A stretch of DNA of 60,264 bases, counting the filler, from Sphacelaria rigidula (lineage: Eukaryota): NCBI GenBank assembly GCA_964200075.2. It is 9 parts of 9 records of this genome, joined end to end, with 100 filler letters (N's around TTAATTAATTAA, not from the genome) between each part and the next. Parts side by side here need not be neighbours in the genome. Positions count along the whole stretch, not along the records: positions 20,124 to 26,730 come from CAXNAA020019095.1; positions 26,831 to 33,437 come from CAXNAA020019096.1; 7 more parts are not named here. One strand, given 5' to 3'. The stretch's first letter is position 1. Every line of letters begins with the position of its first letter. The notes beneath the pieces are model-generated. The model was not told where the DNA came from. It made no database searches and worked only from the letters and a program-made list of their open reading frames with translations. The translations under genes were made by a program, and so were the position numbers. Below, in pieces: positions 21,364 to 33,537 of the stretch.

Positions 21364-22618
21364 TGACCGTACCGCCGATCCAGCAGAAGATACGCCGGGT
21401 AGTCACAATCATAGCTATTTTCGGTTAAATTACACTCCATAGAAAAAGGCCGAAACTCAACGACCAAGAAGAGAGTGTAGCCTCCTGCTAGTTGGCCCGA
21501 GGATCCGGAAAATCCAAGGATGGATACAGGGCGCTTGTGTGCCGGAGCTCACTAAGATCCGACGGACATGTGTGAACGAACATCTTGCCGACACACACGC
21601 CCGAATGGCGTCACGTGGTGACAACATCAGAACGTTGCGGCATCTTCAATTTGTTTCATGATTTAACAGCGTTTAACTGAAACCTGAAGAGTGATTATGG
21701 TCGTTAACTCATGAAACAAAAATATGTGTTTGGTTCTATTAATAAATATGTTTAACTATGCCCAATTCATTGTCCATACCAAATGTCAGGGTTCAACTCT
21801 AAAAATTGAGTCAAGAATCGGCCTGCAAACTACAAATCCGCTTCTAGGCTGGCCGAGCTCGTGGTGCTGTAAATGAACATGGTTGCAACAGCGAGGATCA
21901 GGAGGAAAAAAATCCATTGTACAGTCTATGTAATCGGATTCAGACGTTCTTCCTTTAATCCGGAATCCGATCGGTGCCCATCTTTGTTTTCGATTTGCAA
22001 ATCTGTGGTTTTGGTTCGGTCAAACATGCTAAGCTACTGTCGAACAGTAATACCATCCTATTCTGGGGTTGGCATAGAGCAATCAATGTAGAACGGAACT
22101 GAAATGGATAGGTTTACATTTTGAATAGAAGACTGTGCAGATGAAAAGGGTTGCAGGTGAAGAACGCGGAATTTGAATTGGAGAAAACTTTGTGCCCCTG
22201 TCAATGTTACATGAACTTGCAAAGACTCTGCCATGTCGTCGTTTCTTGAACACATGAAGGGAAGCGGGGAAGTCGCCCTCCCCACAGCTCTTAAGAGTTC
22301 CTTGATTGTGTGGAATGGGTTAAAATATGGAACTGTTCAATTTGACAACCGTTGTCAGTTTCGGTGTTACGGTGATCGTACAGACAGTTACTACAGTTGG
22401 GGGTGCGAAAAATCGCTCACAAAACATGAAGGAATATTTTCCCCAGGAGTGTCCCGGCTCTTTCTGACGGACAAATCAGGCCAGCTAGTCAAAAACAAAG
22501 GGTCCGTCCGGTCGGTTCCAGAAAAAGCCCAGAAGGCCTTCTGCGCTCGCTACACACACTGCGGCAATGCTCATGGCCGTACTGAAAATTCATTTTTCAT
22601 GCAAAGATTATTTGATGC

Positions 22619-22871
22619 AAGCAAATGCTACGATAGGGGTTGTACTTTTTGTTTCTGGGTCTCGTTTTTGTAGGAGCCCAAATATATGGGGCTTACTGTG
22701 CGACCCAAGTTTCCGGGGACAGGACATGGAGATGCCCACAGGGGCCTTTTTCGTGAATCGGCATCATTTTCAGTTTTTTTCAAGTGAAAATGATGCCGAT
22801 TCTCAAAATGATCAGCAACACCCCGAGAAACATTTTCGCACAAAAAGTGCAACCCTACCGTAGTATCACTC
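22619..22871 (+). mobile_element. GAG...CTC-family MITE, first of an inverted pair
   Basis: AAGCAAATGCTACGATAGGGG...CCCTACCGTAGTATCACTC; colinear with 25772-26026. Confidence 0.9.
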
Positions 22872-22918
22872 CTGTAGCCATCCCTCCTGTAGCTACCCCG
22901 AGGGTGGTTCATCTGCAT

Positions 22919-23169
22919 GAGTGATGCTACGGTAGGGTTGCACTTTTTGAGCGAAAATGTTTCTCGGGGTGTTGCTGATCATCTTGAGAATCGGCATCAT
23001 TTTCACTTGAAAAAGACTGAAAATGATGCCGATTCACGAAAAGGGCCCTATGTGCATCTCCATGCCCTATCCCCGGAAATTTGGGTTGCACAGTAAGCCC
23101 CACATATTTGGGCTCCTACAAACACGAGACCCAAAAACAAAAAGTGCAACCCCTATCGTAGCATTGCTT
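22919..23169 (-). mobile_element. GAG...CTC-family MITE, second of the inverted pair
   Basis: Reverse-complement copy of 22619-22871, separated by 47 bp. Confidence 0.9.
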
Positions 23170-23412
23170 ACAGTAAACGTCCCTCTGACGGAACAGTACC
23201 AATTAAGGAACCCTGTTTTTTAATCTTCCATAAGTCCGCGAAATGTTAACCGTTTTCCATTTTGTTTTTTGCTGTGTGTGCACAAGAGCACGACGCCTCT
23301 TTCGAGCTACTGCATATGCGGTTTACATAAGAAAACACCATCCAACAGCACTGCGAATCAAGGGCGCGTGTCTTTCTTCAAGATCAGCTTTTTGATCGAT
23401 CGGCTGCTAAGC

Positions 23413-23928
23413 ATGCAGAGCGTAAGGTGGACCCAGAACGTGCAGTCGAGGCCGTAGAAGCGATACGCAGCGGTTGCATGACCTTCTATGCTACTGCAAA
23501 GACCTTTGACATCTTCGTTGGTTCGCTGCAGAATCTTGTCAGTGATAGCGTGGGCATAGCTGGCAGGTTTGGTCCGGGTACTGTACTGTTGAGGTATGAA
23601 GAAAATTCCATCGAGGATATGCTGAAATTTGACGCAGCTCGTCAACGGGCTTGAATAGAGATGGCCTGGAACAGGCGATTATGGCACTCGGAAGCGAAAA
23701 CCGACCGGTGCCACAGGACCCAACAGTAGGCTCAGGTCGAAAATGACTCAACTTGTTCCTTCGGAGGCACCCGCGGCTACGTGAGCGCAGCAACCGCATC
23801 TACAAGGCCAACAGGGTGGTGCGGCCGACGAAGAAGATCGCATGCCGGAGTTTTATGCGGCCTGTGAGGACAACGTGGAAAAAGAGAAGCCAGCAACCGA
23901 CTACAGATGGAACACTGACGAGACAGGT
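23413..23928 (+). pseudogene. pogo/Fot1-like (Tc1-mariner superfamily) transposase relic
   Basis: psq-type HTH (AVEAVEAIRSGCMTFYATAKTFDI), CENP-B-type LFLRRHPRL, and first catalytic motif WNTDETG, spread over frameshifts; CAGT candidate terminus at 23171. Confidence 0.8.
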
Positions 23929-25771
23929 GCTTTACTATCTATCAAGAGCCGTTCTGTGTATGTGATATAAGGCATGTGTCTAGAGCTAGAGCCAGGGGCT
24001 GCTGCTGTGGAGTGGTGTTTGTCTGCTCTCAATCATGTTGCGTTTCAAACGAAGTTATTTTCGCCGCATTCTTCGCCGACAAAGCACTTGGCGTTTGCCT
24101 GCTCGTTGCGGTCTCGGCGTGTTCTGTTGATTGCACTTACTCTTTATAGAGGTCCTGCCTGTACTGTTAGGGGTGCTAACCGGGGCCAAAATATAGAGGA
24201 AATTTTTGCAAAGAGTGTACAGGATCTTCCTGTTGGAAAATCGCACAAGCCAATGAGATGGGAATGATCCGCCCGGTCGAACGGCAAAGAAGCGAATGGG
24301 CCGCCCGGTCGGTTAGGAGAGAATGCAAAAGGCCATCTGCACCCATGACACGCACATCTTCCTGCTGCATTGCATCGCCCATTCGGTCTGTTCATCTTTC
24401 ATTTTTACATCAAAACTGTGACAATACAACAGTGATCCACCCTGGAGGTGCCCGTCTGTATGGGTCGAGGCAGAGGAGATCGAAAACACACAGTACAGGA
24501 CAGAGTGCAATGCTTTATATTACAGTAGGGTGTTGTCTTCTCTCTCCCACCCGTTGAGTTCGTTCCGTTTGTCCATAGGTATCACCCACTAAGGATCAGA
24601 TTACACGAAACCTTCCGACACCGCCATCCCTTCCTGCCTTCAGTTTAAAAAAAAAGCCCTTGATCTACGGTGGGTATTCATTTTTGAAGTAAATAGTACG
24701 CCCATACAAACACAACTGACCCATCATGAGGCGGCTGCTGTCTGGAAATGGATAAAGCCGAAGTGCAACAGCATCGGATTAGTCCTTTGGAGAGCGCCAC
24801 TCTTCCCTGCCGCTCCCGTGAAAGTGACGCTTGATCGCCAGGGTGGTGTCTTGTGTTCATTTATCAAGTCAAAATCTCTGGAGACGGTCGCCTCTTCCTT
24901 TCTACAATAATAACCGGCTCTAAAGTTGAACTCTCAGAGCGCCTATTGGATCATCTGGGTTTTGCATTCATTTTTCAAGTGAAAAGTATGCCAATACAAT
25001 ATAAGCCTGACCCTGGGGTGAATAGAGGGTGAGTGACACATGTCCGTGTATTCACGACATACAAGCTCAAGTCTCAGCAGACGGAGGATATAGAGGCGGT
25101 ACGGCAAACAGGGCGGTACCAATACAACCAACACCGCAGGCGAAGAGGAGAGCACAATTTAATTCGGCCATCATGATGTTTTCTATCCCAGTACACGCCA
25201 TGCTCTTAACCTTGGGTTCCTTGCGTGGCTGTGTACAGAAGCGACGGAGCTCTTCTCAACAGAAAATTCCTGAGTGTATCATGTTTGCACAGGCGCACGC
25301 ACCGAACAAAAGTTACTCCGCGACCGATTGAGACCTGCCTCTCGACGTTTACCCCGGAGCCCCTTTTGCCTGTGATTATTTTTCACTTGTATGTGTTCGG
25401 GTACACCATCAAGGGGTAGGTTTTTTCCGGGCGGTTCTCCACGTTCACGTGCGCGATTCGAGCGCCGTTGGTTGCGTTGGGTGCTCCCAACCCCATTGCG
25501 ATGCACTGCAGTGCCCATTTCAGGGCACGTCCTGCGGTCAGATCATGAATCCGGAAATTATATTCAAATTTCATTTTTTTTCGGGTTGAGGATGCACGAC
25601 TTCAAAGCTGGAAGATAAGGCCGCGGCCATGGGCTGCATGTGGATGGTCAGCAACAGGATGTAGGGGGTGAACAGGGAGAGTGTTGCCTGCGCGCGCGGT
25701 CAACCCGTCGAGAGATTGGACTGTAAATGCAAGTGTATTTGGGCGGAGCATCCCAGGACAAGAAAGGAAAA

Positions 25772-26026
25772 GAGCAATGGTACGCTAGGGATTGCATTTT
25801 TTGTTTCTGGGTTTCATTTTTGTAGGAGCCCAAATATATGAGGCTTACTGTGCAACACAAATCTCCGGGGAAAGGACATGGAGAGATGCACACAGGCGCC
25901 TTTCCGTGAATCGGCATCATTTTCAGTCTTTGTCAAGTGAAAATGATGCCGATTCTCGAAATGATCCGTGCAACACCCCGAGAAACATTTTCGCTCAAAA
26001 AGTGCAACCCTACCCTAGCATCACTC
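25772..26026 (+). mobile_element. GAG...CTC MITE with 4-bp TSD
   Basis: GAGCAATGGTACGCTAGGG...CCCTACCCTAGCATCACTC; flanks AAAA and AAAA. Confidence 0.88.
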
Positions 26027-26195
26027 AAAAGGGGATTTTTTGTCTGTGGTCGTTGTGTTTTCCTCGAACAGCCCATTCGCTTTTGTTGCCCCGATTAGCA
26101 CCCCTAACTGTCTGAAGAGGTGTTGCAAGTACCGCGGTTAGAGGTGGTGCCGAGTGCGGTGCGTTCACCCGCTACTCGACGTACTACTCTGTACC

Positions 26196-26204
26196 GCGCC
26201 CCCG

Positions 26205-26249
<45 letters not shown>

Positions 26250-26390
26250 CGGCATCTCCCCCCCCCGCCGTCCCCCCCCCGCCCGCCGGGGGNNNNNNNN
26301 NNGGGTGCCCGGCGGGGGCCGCCCCCCCCCCACCCGACCCACTACTCTTCACCGCGCCCCGCCCCCCCCCCCCCCCAGCCCCCCGCCCCT
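26196..26390. repeat. Poly-C/poly-G low-complexity tract around an assembly gap
   Basis: Long C homopolymers; the poly-Pro/Gly ORFs are by-products. Confidence 0.9.
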
Positions 26391-26611
26391 ACACCCGCCA
26401 CTCGTGGTAATCTTCGCCGCAGGTGCTACTCCGCAAGGGACCAGGGTGTGGAAGGTCATCGACGAGAAAGATTCGGCGAAGTTTTCGCAGCTTGGCTTGC
26501 TCTGTTTCGTGCTTGCTGCTTTCTGCGAGCTACGTCTGCCGTTCTCGTACTTTAGTCACTGTCGATTTGGCGAGAATTCTGTGTGTGGGGGGGGGAAGGC
26601 AAACGTGTTTC

Positions 26612-26730
26612 ATCATAACTCGGTCACATCCATCGAAGTGATGTGGGATTTTTCTCACATGCCCAACAGTGGAGAGCGACTATGTCGTGGGTACACAAAA
26701 TTCGACTCAAGGGTCGACGAGGGAAAGGGA
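26612..26730 (+). mobile_element. tRNA-SINE middle portion, cut by linker
   Basis: CATGCCCAACAGTGG...ATGTCGTGGGTACAC...GGTCGACGAGGGAAAGGGA matches the SINE body. Confidence 0.75.
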
Positions 26731-27203
26731 NNNNNNNNNNNNNNNNNNNNNNNNNNNNNNNNNNNNNNNNNNNNTTAATTAATTAANNNNNNNNNNNNNN
26801 NNNNNNNNNNNNNNNNNNNNNNNNNNNNNNGAGAAACCGGTTTGTGGACACCATTTTTCGATTTTCCTCATTCTCGACCACCCCTGAGGGGGGGGGTGTA
26901 CTCATGATTATGCATGCCATAGTCATCAGACCATTGACCTCGCAGGGGGGGGGGGATATATACCGTTTACCAGTCTGCAAGGCCCCTTGGTCTCAAGGGA
27001 TCAAACCACCTTTTTTTCTTCCCGCACCTCACCTTGTTTGCACCTTATTTGGTTTATTGTGTTGTTCTTGTCATACTTCATGAATAACCCTTCCGTTCCT
27101 CGGGACGGATCCATAGTAGTCTCGAGGGATCAAACCGTTTTTTTTTTGTCCTGGCACCTGATTTTGTTACGTCGATATTTTTTGCCATTATTCGTAATAT
27201 ATA

Positions 27204-27374
27204 GCACACCGTGGACAATATATGGCCGATAGATGCAATAGACAAACAGTGTATTGGGTTTAGTGAATACCTTTTGCAGCTTGTCGGCCGTCAACAGTTG
27301 CAACAGGCTGATACTTTATCCGGTACATATTTTTGTCTGTTGCATCAATTGACCATATATTGTCCAGGGTGTGA
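27204..27374. mobile_element. MITE with ~45-bp TIRs and TA flanks
   Basis: CACACCGTGGACAATATATGGCCGATAGATGCAATAGACAAA versus TTTGTCTGTTGCATCAATTGACCATATATTGTCCAGGGTGTG. Confidence 0.75.
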
Positions 27375-27549
27375 TACATAGCCCTCCCCCTCATCGGGGC
27401 GAACCCTCGGTCTAGAGGGATCAAACGCTTTTTTGTTGTTGTCCCTGCACATTGTTCATTTTTTGTATTTCTCTCGTCGCAATTTGAAAATACGATCTCC
27501 CACTTCTTTGGGACGAGACCGCAGTCTCGAAGATATCAATCCCCCCCCC

Positions 27550-27928
27550 CTCGAAAGGGATGCGTGGTCAATGGTCAAATGACTAAGGCAAGCAACAAAT
27601 GAGTACGCCCCCCCCTCCCTCTAGGGGTTGCCCCCCCTATGGGGTCGGCGTCGGTTGGCGATGACGCTCTAAAACACGCCACCCACTGCGTAAGCTAGGC
27701 AACTCATTGGAGTCTGTCGTCCATATGCAAGATCACTGGGGTGCTTCGGGCCGAACAATCTTGGCAGGATGCAGCTCACCCTTCATGCGATTCGACGAAC
27801 ACATCATAACCCTTTGCGCTTGGTGATTGGAAGACCGGTCTGGCGAAAAGCCGGCGTGCTCCGCCCCGGCTTTGCAAGGATACAATGCCAAGAGTCATAT
27901 GACTACCGCATGCATGATCATGGGTACC
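27550..27928 (+). mobile_element. Family F LINE 3' end (27550-27606) followed by a family A copy (27637-27928)
   Basis: Both end in ATG(A/G)GTAC followed by C-tracts. Confidence 0.8.
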
Positions 27929-28598
27929 CGCTCCCCCCCCTCCCGGTACCCTATCTATCTGCCTGACAATTTGATTTGTTAATAAAGCATCGGGTGATGA
28001 TTATATTATGCTACAATCATTCAATTGGATAGCGACCACTCCCGCTGGACGTCGACTTTCGGTGAACTCGACGATGGGAAGTAGTAGTGATGGTGATGCA
28101 TGAACCATCACTACAGTATCATGATTCGAACCCGCCACTCTGCCGAAGCGACCGATGGTACTACAGTTTGACCGACGGGTCGCGGTGGCGAACATAGCAA
28201 AATGAAACAGAGTAAAAGGGGCATGAGAAGCACGGCGAACGGCGGCTTCGTTTTACTCACGTTGAGCTCACGTACGTTTCATTTAAAACCGTTTGGGCCA
28301 CCGTGCATGATATGTGTGCGTGTGTGTACCGAAACCCTGTTGCGCAACCCATATCTTTCCTTCCCCCTCTTTCGTTGTCTCTCTTTTCCTGATTTGATTG
28401 CCTTTCTTTCTCGCTTTTTTATGTTTTCATTTACTCCGTTTGTTCTCCCCTCTTTTCTTTCTTTCGTTCTTCACCTTCTCCCCTTTTGGGGTTACCCTTC
28501 AACAGTGCTCTCGTCTAGGTATTCCTTGGGTACAATGATCTCGTGCATAATGACCATGGCTACATCCCTCTGGAATAAGATAAAATGTGAAACAAAAA

Positions 28599-28857
28599 GT
28601 TTCTACGATATCTCTCCCCCCCCCCAGAAAAAAAATACGTGACTGGTTTGAGGAGTCAAAATCTACACGTAAATCGAAAGGAAAAACGCCGAGTACAATA
28701 GGCAACTAACCGTTATTCTCACGCTTGGGTTCGTTTTCGCCAATGTCGCCCATATGAGGCGCTTCATGCAGCCTGAAACCAAACATCAGGCGCGGTATGA
28801 CCATTTTATTTTTGGCAATTTGGAGTGGTTTTGGGAGGGAGGGGCTATCGTAGAAAG
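28599..28857. mobile_element. MITE with TTTCTACGATA(G/T)C-C-rich TIRs
   Basis: Inverted termini; homologous reverse copy at 53659-53811. Confidence 0.7.
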
Positions 28858-29132
28858 ACTCGACAATTAGTCAACCAATCGATCTGCCAATCCACGAGTA
28901 CACCTACTCCGTCTGAATAAGGACCTTGCTTTTTTTTGTCGGGCACTCACACCGTTGCTGCCGGCTGTGGTCTTCGGTTCATGCGAGTCATGAGTTCACC
29001 CTGCCCCATATTTGTGAGAGATTGTTGTCATCACCCAGAGGACTGGAAGTTGGAATTCGTTTGACGCTCAAGCATATCGCAATAATAACTGTGGATTGTT
29101 TCTGTTATGGTTACTGCACTATAATAGTCTGT

Positions 29133-29512
29133 GCCGGTCGCCGCAGTGGCTCAGTTGGCAACCTTAAAACCTTCTGACGGTTACGACGTGGCTTCGACAT
29201 TCGGTGAACTCACACGATCTGGGAAATTCCCGTCACATCACGCTCGACCGTAGAGAGCAATCATGTAGGTACAGATATAGACCGCTGAACCATTCTCGTG
29301 ATGAAAAGAACAGGGCAAGCACCGCAGAAGGAAGGTGGAATACTACCGTTGAAATATAGAAGAAACTAGTGTATTGACCTACCTTCCTTCTGTGTGACCC
29401 CGGCTGATGCCTCCACGTGTACTGAAAGGTGTAGATTAGCGCCCAGAATATAGGGATGACAACACACACGCACACACACACACACACACGCACAACCGCA
29501 CACACGCACGCA
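29133..29512 (+). mobile_element. tRNA-derived SINE with (CA)n tail
   Basis: Head GCCGGTCGCCGCAGTGGCTCAGTTGG (A box), degenerate B box, body matches the 16967-17383 copy. Confidence 0.82.
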
Positions 29513-29587
29513 CTTGTCTGCATGGAGCTATGTCATGTACTTTACTCCCCCCCCCCCTCCCCCCTCCGAACTGAATCGAATGATCAG

Positions 29588-29758
29588 AGAGGTTATGACG
29601 GATGTCTTCCTGGCGTCCACCTCTTTTGTGACGGACTTCAGCGCTCTGTTCGTGGCTTGGGGCCAACTGATGTCGTTTGATATGTTTCTCACCGAGGACA
29701 ACGTGGCGGAGCCGTTCGACGTGGACTGCGACGATGGCGGAGGGTTCGCCGACGTCTG
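29588..29758 (+). CDS. Animal-type heme peroxidase-like (peroxidase-cyclooxygenase superfamily) protein, exon
   Basis: EVMTDVF...FSALFVAWGQLMSFDM...ADVW; CAG acceptor and phase-2 GT donor that joins in frame to 32301. Confidence 0.8.
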
Positions 29759-29879
29759 GTGACCGAACCAACTCAGAACCTTCAGCATTTTGTTTTCTCG
29801 CAACATTCGAGTTTCATGGTGGGAAACACGTACACAATATGACGAACAACGTTCCATGTTTCACCGGAAGTTGCATTTG

Positions 29880-30120
29880 TCATTATTATCATATTTATAA
29901 CTAGTATTGTTAGTATGATTGTCATCATGTTTCATTATTCTGTTACTATTAATAGTATCGTTATTATTGTTACTGTTCTTATCGCTGCCATTGTTATTAT
30001 GAGTATCATGATTGTTATGATGGTTAATATTATAATGATCACGGTTTATAGTATGATTATTTTGATCATGATCATTGTTATTGTTCTTCTTCTTACTGTC
30101 ATACGAAGTATATTTCATCG
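29880..30120. repeat. Degenerate (ATT/ATC/GTT)n low-complexity tract in intron
   Basis: Triplet-rich AT sequence. Confidence 0.8.
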
Positions 30121-30216
30121 TGGTATTGACTGGATCTGCTTGTTATAGCTTTGACTGTTTGCTTCAGATAATGTTTTGTACACGAAACTCCCTGAGTATT
30201 GTTTGCGTGGGGATTA

Positions 30217-30539
30217 TGTAATGAACATGGATCTCATATGTAGATTCTCGGGCATGTAGTCAACCAGCCTAGTAGAAGCCAGTACGGTTCAGTACAAAGT
30301 ACCAAAAGGAACGGTCCGGGAACCAGTACTGTAGCCAGTGTACAGTAGAGCGAGAACGGCTCCGCGGCTCTACATTGTAGGCTCTAAAGCTAGATCTTAG
30401 GGCTGAGAGTCAGAGAGAGAAGGTTCAGATAGAGCTGTACACAAGCGGGTGACATCTATATGAATAATGAAAAGCACAGCGATGCAGCGCCCCAAAGTGG
30501 GTATGTAGTCTGCTCAACCCATCAATATCTCTCGTGACG
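30217..30539 (+). mobile_element. Possible solo LTR in the peroxidase intron
   Basis: TGTAATGA...TCGTGACG imperfect inverted termini, flanks ATTA/ATTG, TATATGAATAA motif shared with the LTR at 8598. Confidence 0.35.
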
Positions 30540-30849
30540 ATTGCTTTGCACCGCTATAAAAACTGTTCAGTTGATTTGACTGGTTGTTGATTTTACGTTC
30601 GTATCTTGTTTTGGGCATTCGCGCATCACACACCTCATGATCCCCGTCTTATTCCATGGCTAAAAACTGGAGTATGATAGTGCGGAAATTTCTTGTGTAT
30701 ACCATGGTTGTCCACCACGCAGTATCCTCCGGTGCAATTACATTTTATTTTATTTTGGTTTCTTCTGCTAGCCTGTGACCACGGAAGGCGTCCGCATAAG
30801 ATGCCCAGTNNNNNNNNNNGCAGATATCGGAACGGCTTTTAATGTGAAG

Positions 30850-30887
<38 letters not shown>

Positions 30888-30985
30888 TACAACGCCCGCC
30901 GCGCGCCCCGGTGGGTTACATGAAAAAGCTAAAACTGAAACCAAATGGGTCGGAAACAGCGCGGGTTCGATTCCTGGCAGATGCA
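30850..30985 (+). repeat. (AAC)n microsatellite followed by a tRNA-like SINE head
   Basis: About 12 AAC units; CGCCCCGGTGG...GGGTTCGATTCC B box. Confidence 0.6.
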
Positions 30986-31999
30986 ATTCATTTTCCTTTT
31001 TTTCCTTTTTCTGTTGACTTCTTATGCTTTCTTCTTTCTTCTTGTTTTTTTCTCCAAGAAGTATCTGAGTTCCGTCGTTGAGAACGCGAGGACATGGGCG
31101 CTGCAGAAGTCCTTATACAAGGATCCGTGATACTAATAACATGTAAACCGTGACCGTTGGAGAAGATGGGTTGATTGCTTCAGACTACGGGCTCTCATCC
31201 CCACCAAGGGAAGGGTTTTGAAAGTATGACAGGGAAAAGGAACGAAAACGTTCACCTGAGGTGACTCAAAAATCTGCCCTTGAGTTTTTTCTCTCGTACA
31301 ATGCAGCGGCCACCGCTGCCGAATTAAGTGCCTTTGGGGTTGATCCTGTCAATATTTTTTTTCGGTCAACGGGATCTTCACTGCAAGTAATCCGGGGTCT
31401 TCGCTTCTAGAGAAGGTAGGGGTAGGGGTTGGATGTCTTGTGTTCCGAGTAAAGATTTATATGCTCCGTAGCTCAAGGTAAAATCAACGGCTAGATCAAA
31501 GAAGTGCACAATGTCTTGATAACAGTATTCCCAGTACAACAAAAAAGCGAAAATGCAAAACACGTGGTTCCTGGGCTCACTCATCGGGCGTGTCCCGCCG
31601 ACAGAGATAGATAAGTACACAAGCTTGTACGTACCGTGCACATATACATGTACACATACCCACCGAAGGAATAACGAAATCGTAGCGTTAATGTTGATTG
31701 GTTGTTTGATTGTCGCACATGAAGTGATTGTCAAGGGATCCAGCCGTGGTGACGTGATGGACGTACCCGAGACAAATACATATATGACACTATATGTGTA
31801 AGCAAGCAAAACATGCGCACATTCTTTTTTTTTTCATCGGCTAGAAAAGGAACACCAAAAACAACGCAAAACATAACACAGAAACACAGAAACGAGAACA
31901 AAAACGCAACACACGAACACGAGCCTCGACAGGAAAAAGACATCGTGGAGCAAAAACGCCCAGCGCCCTGTACTGTGCTGCTACAACAAAAGCATTCAG

Positions 32000-32170
32000 G
32001 AGTCATGCCACGGCCGGGGGTTGTATATTTGGATCCAGGTGCTTCTGATTGAGAGGTTCCATCTTGACTTGGGTGCTGCACAAGGATATGGGTAAACGGC
32101 ATTCCCGTTCTCAAATTCATTCGAGCTACCTCTACACCACTGGAATACTAATCGTGGCGTGCTCTCACAT
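32000..32170. mobile_element. Diverged partial copy of the GAG...CTC MITE family
   Basis: GAGTCATGCCACGGCCGGGGGTTGTA terminus; body resembles 39584-39840. Confidence 0.55.
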
Positions 32171-32300
32171 GTTAAATGAGTCGCTTTTCTAAAAACGGTG
32201 AGAGGTCTCCTAATAACTGAAACCTGGTAAATATTCTGTGCCCCCGTACCGTGGTATGACTCTCAACTACATATACCGCTTCCTGCTCCTGTTGTTGCAG

Positions 32301-32526
32301 GTGTCCGCTGGGTGAAGCATCGGACCCCATATCGTTTGATCGATCTAACGCTACGGTGAATTCCACGGTAAGGAGTCCCACGAATTACGCCACCGCTTAC
32401 CTGGATCTGGATTTCGTGTACGGTCGAAGCGAGGAGGAAGCGGAGTCATTGCGTACACTGTCGGGTGGAACAATGCAACTCTCCGACTCGGGCATTCCCC
32501 TGCAGAATACGGACGGCACTTGGTTG
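32301..32526 (+). CDS. Heme peroxidase-like protein, exon
   Basis: TTGCAG| CPLGEASDPISFDRS...RSPTNYATAYLDLDFVYGRSEEEAESLRTLSGG...WL |GTGAGC; N-x-x-T-x-YLD-x-x-x-VYG motif. Confidence 0.9.
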
Positions 32527-32853
32527 GTGAGCTGTCTCCTTGTCTACCTTTTTCTGTACCCTTTTTCCCCCGTCTGTGTGTGTGTCTCTCTCTCCCTCTC
32601 TCCTTCGTGTCTCAGTGTCGGCCTCATCTGTCTGTCTATGTCCATCCCTGTCTTCGCCCTTGTCTCCGTTTCCCCCCCTCTCTCCGTCTCCGTCTGTCCG
32701 CCTTCCTCTCCGTCTCCCTCTCTGTTTCTTACGACTACCCCCGTCTCGGAAGGGATGCATGGTCAATGGTCAAATGACTCAGGCAAGCAACAAATGAGTA
32801 CGCCCCCCTCCGTCCCCCCTCCCCGTTATACGTCCGCTTCTATCACACAATAG

Positions 32854-32973
32854 ATCGCGGATCAGAGAAGTGCCCGCTTCCCGGTCACGTTTGCCCTGCA
32901 CTCCGTACTGCTGTCGGAGCACAACCGTTGCTGCGAGGAGGTAGCCCCAGACCTGGGCTTCACCACGGACGAG
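32854..32973 (+). CDS. Heme peroxidase-like protein, exon
   Basis: TAG| IADQRSARFPVTFALHSVLLSEHNRCCEEVAPDLGFTTDE |GT; D-x-R and EHNR motifs; in phase with previous exon. Confidence 0.9.
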
Positions 32974-33194
32974 GTGTGTATATTTCTGCATGAGTTCGTG
33001 CACATGAAGGTATATTGTGTATGTACCTACATATATGTACACATGCAATTTTCAACCATTTTCCCTTTTGTTGATGAACTTCGCACATAAACAAAGAATG
33101 CCTTATCACCTCTTTTTTCTCGCTGTTTTTCTCCGTTGGTGTACTCTTGTTCTGTTTTTTCTTAAATCCCTCCACTCCCCCTTGACGGCGAAAC

Positions 33195-33359
33195 AGGACG
33201 GGGATAAGACATGTAACAGGTTTTTACGTAATGTGTGGAAGAAACATAGTGAGCACCGGAATATTGGAGAAGTTTCTACCAGGAGTAGGAACGGTGCTCC
33301 GTCCCGAAAGGGATGCGTGGTCAAAGGTCAAACGACTAAGGCAAGCAACAAACGAGTAC
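33195..33359 (+). mobile_element. Family F LINE 3' end (short copy also at 32742-32801)
   Basis: DGDKTCNRFLRNVWKK...KASNK reading, ends GAGTAC. Confidence 0.75.
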
Positions 33360-33537
33360 GATGATCAAGGCTATCGTCGAACGTGCTGTCGAATTCGATT
33401 CTTTGCACACTGGACAAAACACTGGTCTCCCCAGACANNNNNNNNNNNNNNNNNNNNNNNNNNNNNNNNNNNNNNNNNNNNTTAATTAATTAANNNNNNN
33501 NNNNNNNNNNNNNNNNNNNNNNNNNNNNNNNNNNNNN

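Noticed and set aside
26104..26778. Proline/glycine-rich proteins
   Set aside because: Translation of C/G homopolymers around an assembly gap
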